Notes under the pieces: generated by a model
Database searches by the model: none
The model's input: only the letters and a program-made list of their open reading frames with translations
What the model was told of the DNA's origin: nothing
In this document: one piece after another, positions 61,412 to 64,000 of the stretch
Numbering within the stretch: the stretch's first letter is position 1
Layout: every line of letters starts with the position of its first letter
Program-made: the position numbers and the translations under genes
Assembly (NCBI GenBank): GCA_033723415.1
Contig: JAWVXD010000003.1
Coordinates: forward strand, 288,001-352,000
From: Sulfurospirillaceae bacterium
GTDB taxonomy: Bacteria > Campylobacterota > Campylobacteria > Campylobacterales > Sulfurospirillaceae
Length of the DNA: 64,000 nucleotides
Direction of reading: 5' to 3'

Positions 61412-62635
61412 CTAAAATTTAAGTATGGATTTGGCTTGAACCATATCTTTATCACCACGTCCTGATAAATTTATGATTATAAGTTTATTTTCTAACTCTT
61501 GTTTTGTCATCTTTTTAAGATAGGCTATAGCGTGTGAACTTTCAAAAGCAGGGATGATACCTTCTTTTTGACTAAGCCAGACAAAAGCATCTATAGCTTC
61601 TTTATCTGTTATGTTTTCATATTTCGCTTTTTGCATATCTTTTAAGTACGCATGTTCAGGACCTATACCGGGATAATCAAGTCCGGCTGAGATTGAGTAA
61701 GCTTCTTGAATCTGACCGTCTTCATCTTGAAGAAGATAGCTCATCTGTCCATGTAAAACTCCGGGTTTCCCTTTTGCCAGACTACAGCCATGTTTGTGTG
61801 TGTCAACACCTAGGCCACCTGCTTCTATACCTATACAAGTTACGCTGTCTTCTTCTAAAAAATGATTAAATATGCCTATTGCATTACTTCCGCCACCTAT
61901 ACAAGCAATGACAAAATCAGGAAGTTTTCCTTCTTTTTTAAGAATTTGTGCTTTTGCTTCATAGCCTATTATTGATTGAAAATCTCTAACCATAAGTGGA
62001 TATGGATGCGGCCCTGCAACAGTGCCTATTATATAAAACGTATCTCTTGCATTTGTAACCCAATATCGTATGGCATCATTCATAGCATCTTTTAAAGTTC
62101 TGCTTCCACTTTTTACTGCATGAACTTTTGCTCCTAAGAGTTTCATCCTAAAGACATTTAATTCTTGCCTTTGAACATCCTTCTCTCCCATAAATATATC
62201 ACATTCAAGTCCAAGAAGTGCTGCAACTGTTGCAGTTGCAACTCCATGTTGTCCTGCGCCTGTTTCTGCTATAACACGTTTTTTACCAAGTCTTTTTGCT
62301 AATAAACCCTGAGCTATTGTATTGTTGACTTTATGTGCACCGGTGTGATTTAGGTCTTCTCTTTTTAGGTAAATTTTTGCATTTAACTCTTGGGAAATAT
62401 TCTTTGCATAATACAAAGGTGAAGGTCTACCTACATATTCATTTAAATAGTAGTTTACTTCTTCCCAAAAATCTTTATTAAAACGAATTTTTTTATATTC
62501 TTCGTCTAACTCTAAGAGTGTAGGCATAAGGGTTTCAGGGACATATCTGCCGCCGTAAGAAAAACCATCTTTTTCTAAGTTTCCAAAGTGTCCATTTTCG
62601 TCTGGATCGTATTTGGATTTTTTCGGTATATACAT
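61412..62635 (-). CDS. trpB: Tryptophan synthase beta chain
   Basis: [35 protein letters not shown]. Confidence 0.97.
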   Translation of the reverse strand: MYIPKKSKYDPDENGHFGNLEKDGFSYGGRYVPETLMPTLLELDEEYKKIRFNKDFWEEVNYYLNEYVGRPSPLYYAKNISQELNAKIYLKREDLNHTGAHKVNNTIAQGLLAKRLGKKRVIAETGAGQHGVATATVAALLGLECDIFMGEKDVQRQELNVFRMKLLGAKVHAVKSGSRTLKDAMNDAIRYWVTNARDTFYIIGTVAGPHPYPLMVRDFQSIIGYEAKAQILKKEGKLPDFVIACIGGGSNAIGIFNHFLEEDSVTCIGIEAGGLGVDTHKHGCSLAKGKPGVLHGQMSYLLQDEDGQIQEAYSISAGLDYPGIGPEHAYLKDMQKAKYENITDKEAIDAFVWLSQKEGIIPAFESSHAIAYLKKMTKQELENKLIIINLSGRGDKDMVQAKSILKF

Positions 62636-63190
62636 TTAATCAATCTCCAATACTGAGTAAACTGAAGTAGTTTTTTGTATCTCTTTGTCTCCGTTTAAAA
62701 ATTTCAAATTTATAATAAAGCAGCTCTCAATGCAATCACCGCCAGCTTTGTTTATGAGATTTACAGAAGCATTCGCAGTTCCTCCGGTTGCTATAAGGTC
62801 ATCTATCAAGAGAACTTTTGGTTTGTCTTTTTCACACTTAAATGCATCTATATGCACTTCAACTTCATCGACTCCATATTCTAAGGAGTATTTCTCACTA
62901 ATAGTTGTATAAGGCAATTTTCCCGGTTTCCTTATAGGAACGAATTTTATACCTAGTTTGCTAGCAAGGGCTGCACCAAATATAAAGCCTCTACTTTCTA
63001 TTCCTGCGATATAGTCAATATCATTATCTTTATATCTACTCTCTAAATGTCTCATTAATAATGAAAAAGCTTCGGCATTTCCTAAAAGTGTACTTATGTC
63101 TTTAAAACTGATACCTGGTTTTGGAAAGTTTTCGACTGTTCTGATTGATTTAAGTAAAAATTCTTTGTCTTCTAAACTTAGTGTTTTCAT
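62636..63190 (-). CDS. apt: Adenine phosphoribosyltransferase
   Basis: [27 protein letters not shown]. Confidence 0.96.
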   Translation of the reverse strand: MKTLSLEDKEFLLKSIRTVENFPKPGISFKDISTLLGNAEAFSLLMRHLESRYKDNDIDYIAGIESRGFIFGAALASKLGIKFVPIRKPGKLPYTTISEKYSLEYGVDEVEVHIDAFKCEKDKPKVLLIDDLIATGGTANASVNLINKAGGDCIESCFIINLKFLNGDKEIQKTTSVYSVLEID

Positions 63191-63283
63191 GTGTTGCCTT
63201 TAGTTATTTAAAAAGTTTAATTTTAATAAATACAAATATAGTAGTAATAAGCAGGATGGATGAGTAAGCTATAATTGACGACA

Positions 63284-63613
63284 TTATAGAAGAGCCTCTA
63301 TTTTACTCTCTAGCTCTTTTATTGTGTCTCTTAACTTATCGCTTTCCATTCTATATTGTGAATTTCTTGCTCTTAATGATTTTAGATCATTTTTTACTTT
63401 GCTTAATTCATCGCTTAGAATATCCATATTCCCGAGAGATCTTTGAAGTTGAACTTGATACTTTCTAATAACCAATTCGGCATCGCCTAATGTCTCTTTT
63501 ACAAAAACACTGCTTTTCTTCTCTTTTCTTAGTAAAGTTCTATAATAAAAGACCATCACTATCAAGTAGATACAAGCTGACGAGAGGATCGTGGTTATTA
63601 GCCAAGTAGTCAT
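63284..63613 (-). CDS. Hypothetical membrane-anchored coiled-coil protein (between rpiB and apt)
   Basis: N-terminal TM helix followed by a coiled coil. Confidence 0.8.
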   Translation of the reverse strand: MTTWLITTILSSACIYLIVMVFYYRTLLRKEKKSSVFVKETLGDAELVIRKYQVQLQRSLGNMDILSDELSKVKNDLKSLRARNSQYRMESDKLRDTIKELESKIEALL

Positions 63614-63615
63614 GA

Positions 63616-64000
63616 TTATATTTCTATCTTTTCGATTCTTTGTGAGTGCCTTCCACCCTCAAATTTGGTGTCGCACCAAGCCTTCAGTATAGATTCGGCG
63701 ACTCCTAAACCTACTACTCTTTGCCCAAAGCATAATACATTTGCGTTATTATGTGCTCTAGCCATAGAAGCAGTGTATGCATCATGACAAAGAGCTGCCC
63801 TTATGCCTACGTGTTTGTTCGCACTGAGGCTCATACCTATACCTGTTCCACAAATCAATATACCGTAAGTATTTTCATTTGCAAGTACTTCTAGACAAAG
63901 CTTGTGCGCAAAATCTGGGTAATCTACTCTATCTTTAGTATCAGGCCCTAGATCTACTATTTCATGTCCCATGTCTTTTAGCATTTGTATGATATCAGGT
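63616..64000 (-). CDS. rpiB: Ribose-5-phosphate isomerase B (start beyond window edge)
   Basis: VDYPDF, LICGTGIGMS, HNNANVL, FEGGRH. Confidence 0.95.
   Translation of the reverse strand, partial: PDIIQMLKDMGHEIVDLGPDTKDRVDYPDFAHKLCLEVLANENTYGILICGTGIGMSLSANKHVGIRAALCHDAYTASMARAHNNANVLCFGQRVVGLGVAESILKAWCDTKFEGGRHSQRIEKIEI

Overview
AT-rich chromosomal window from a Campylobacterota (Epsilonproteobacteria) genome, judged from gene order and protein sequences; probably a free-living sulfur-cycling lineage. The backbone is conserved housekeeping gene order: pheS-pheT-aroA-ispH-rpsA-hyp-serA; efp-thiJ-cvfB-HI0933-dnaE; flgS and trkAH; tRNA(CAT); rodA; rluD-flpA-trmB-ftsEX-envC-pyrH-rpoZ-spoT-tyrS-fabX-amiA; adk-aspS; psd; ychF-pepA-dedA-trpB-apt-rpiB. 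Three accessory modules stand out. (1) Between serA and efp, a sulfide:quinone oxidoreductase is followed by an unannotated 49-aa protein and a TolC/MFP/naturally split two-gene RND exporter, a candidate coupled sulfide-oxidation and sulfur-export system; two more unannotated small genes and long perfect palindromes follow. (2) A DUF1538 / PII-like / CBS cassette. (3) A TonB-dependent receptor / membrane polyferredoxin / OprC-like copper receptor / ExbBD-TonB cluster. A dispersed intergenic motif with conserved flanks and a covarying hairpin lies just upstream of dnaE (two tandem copies), rpoZ and, more degenerate, the sqr-linked small gene. No CRISPR array, transposase, integrase or rRNA was seen. 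All calls come from reading the sequence; no database searches were run.
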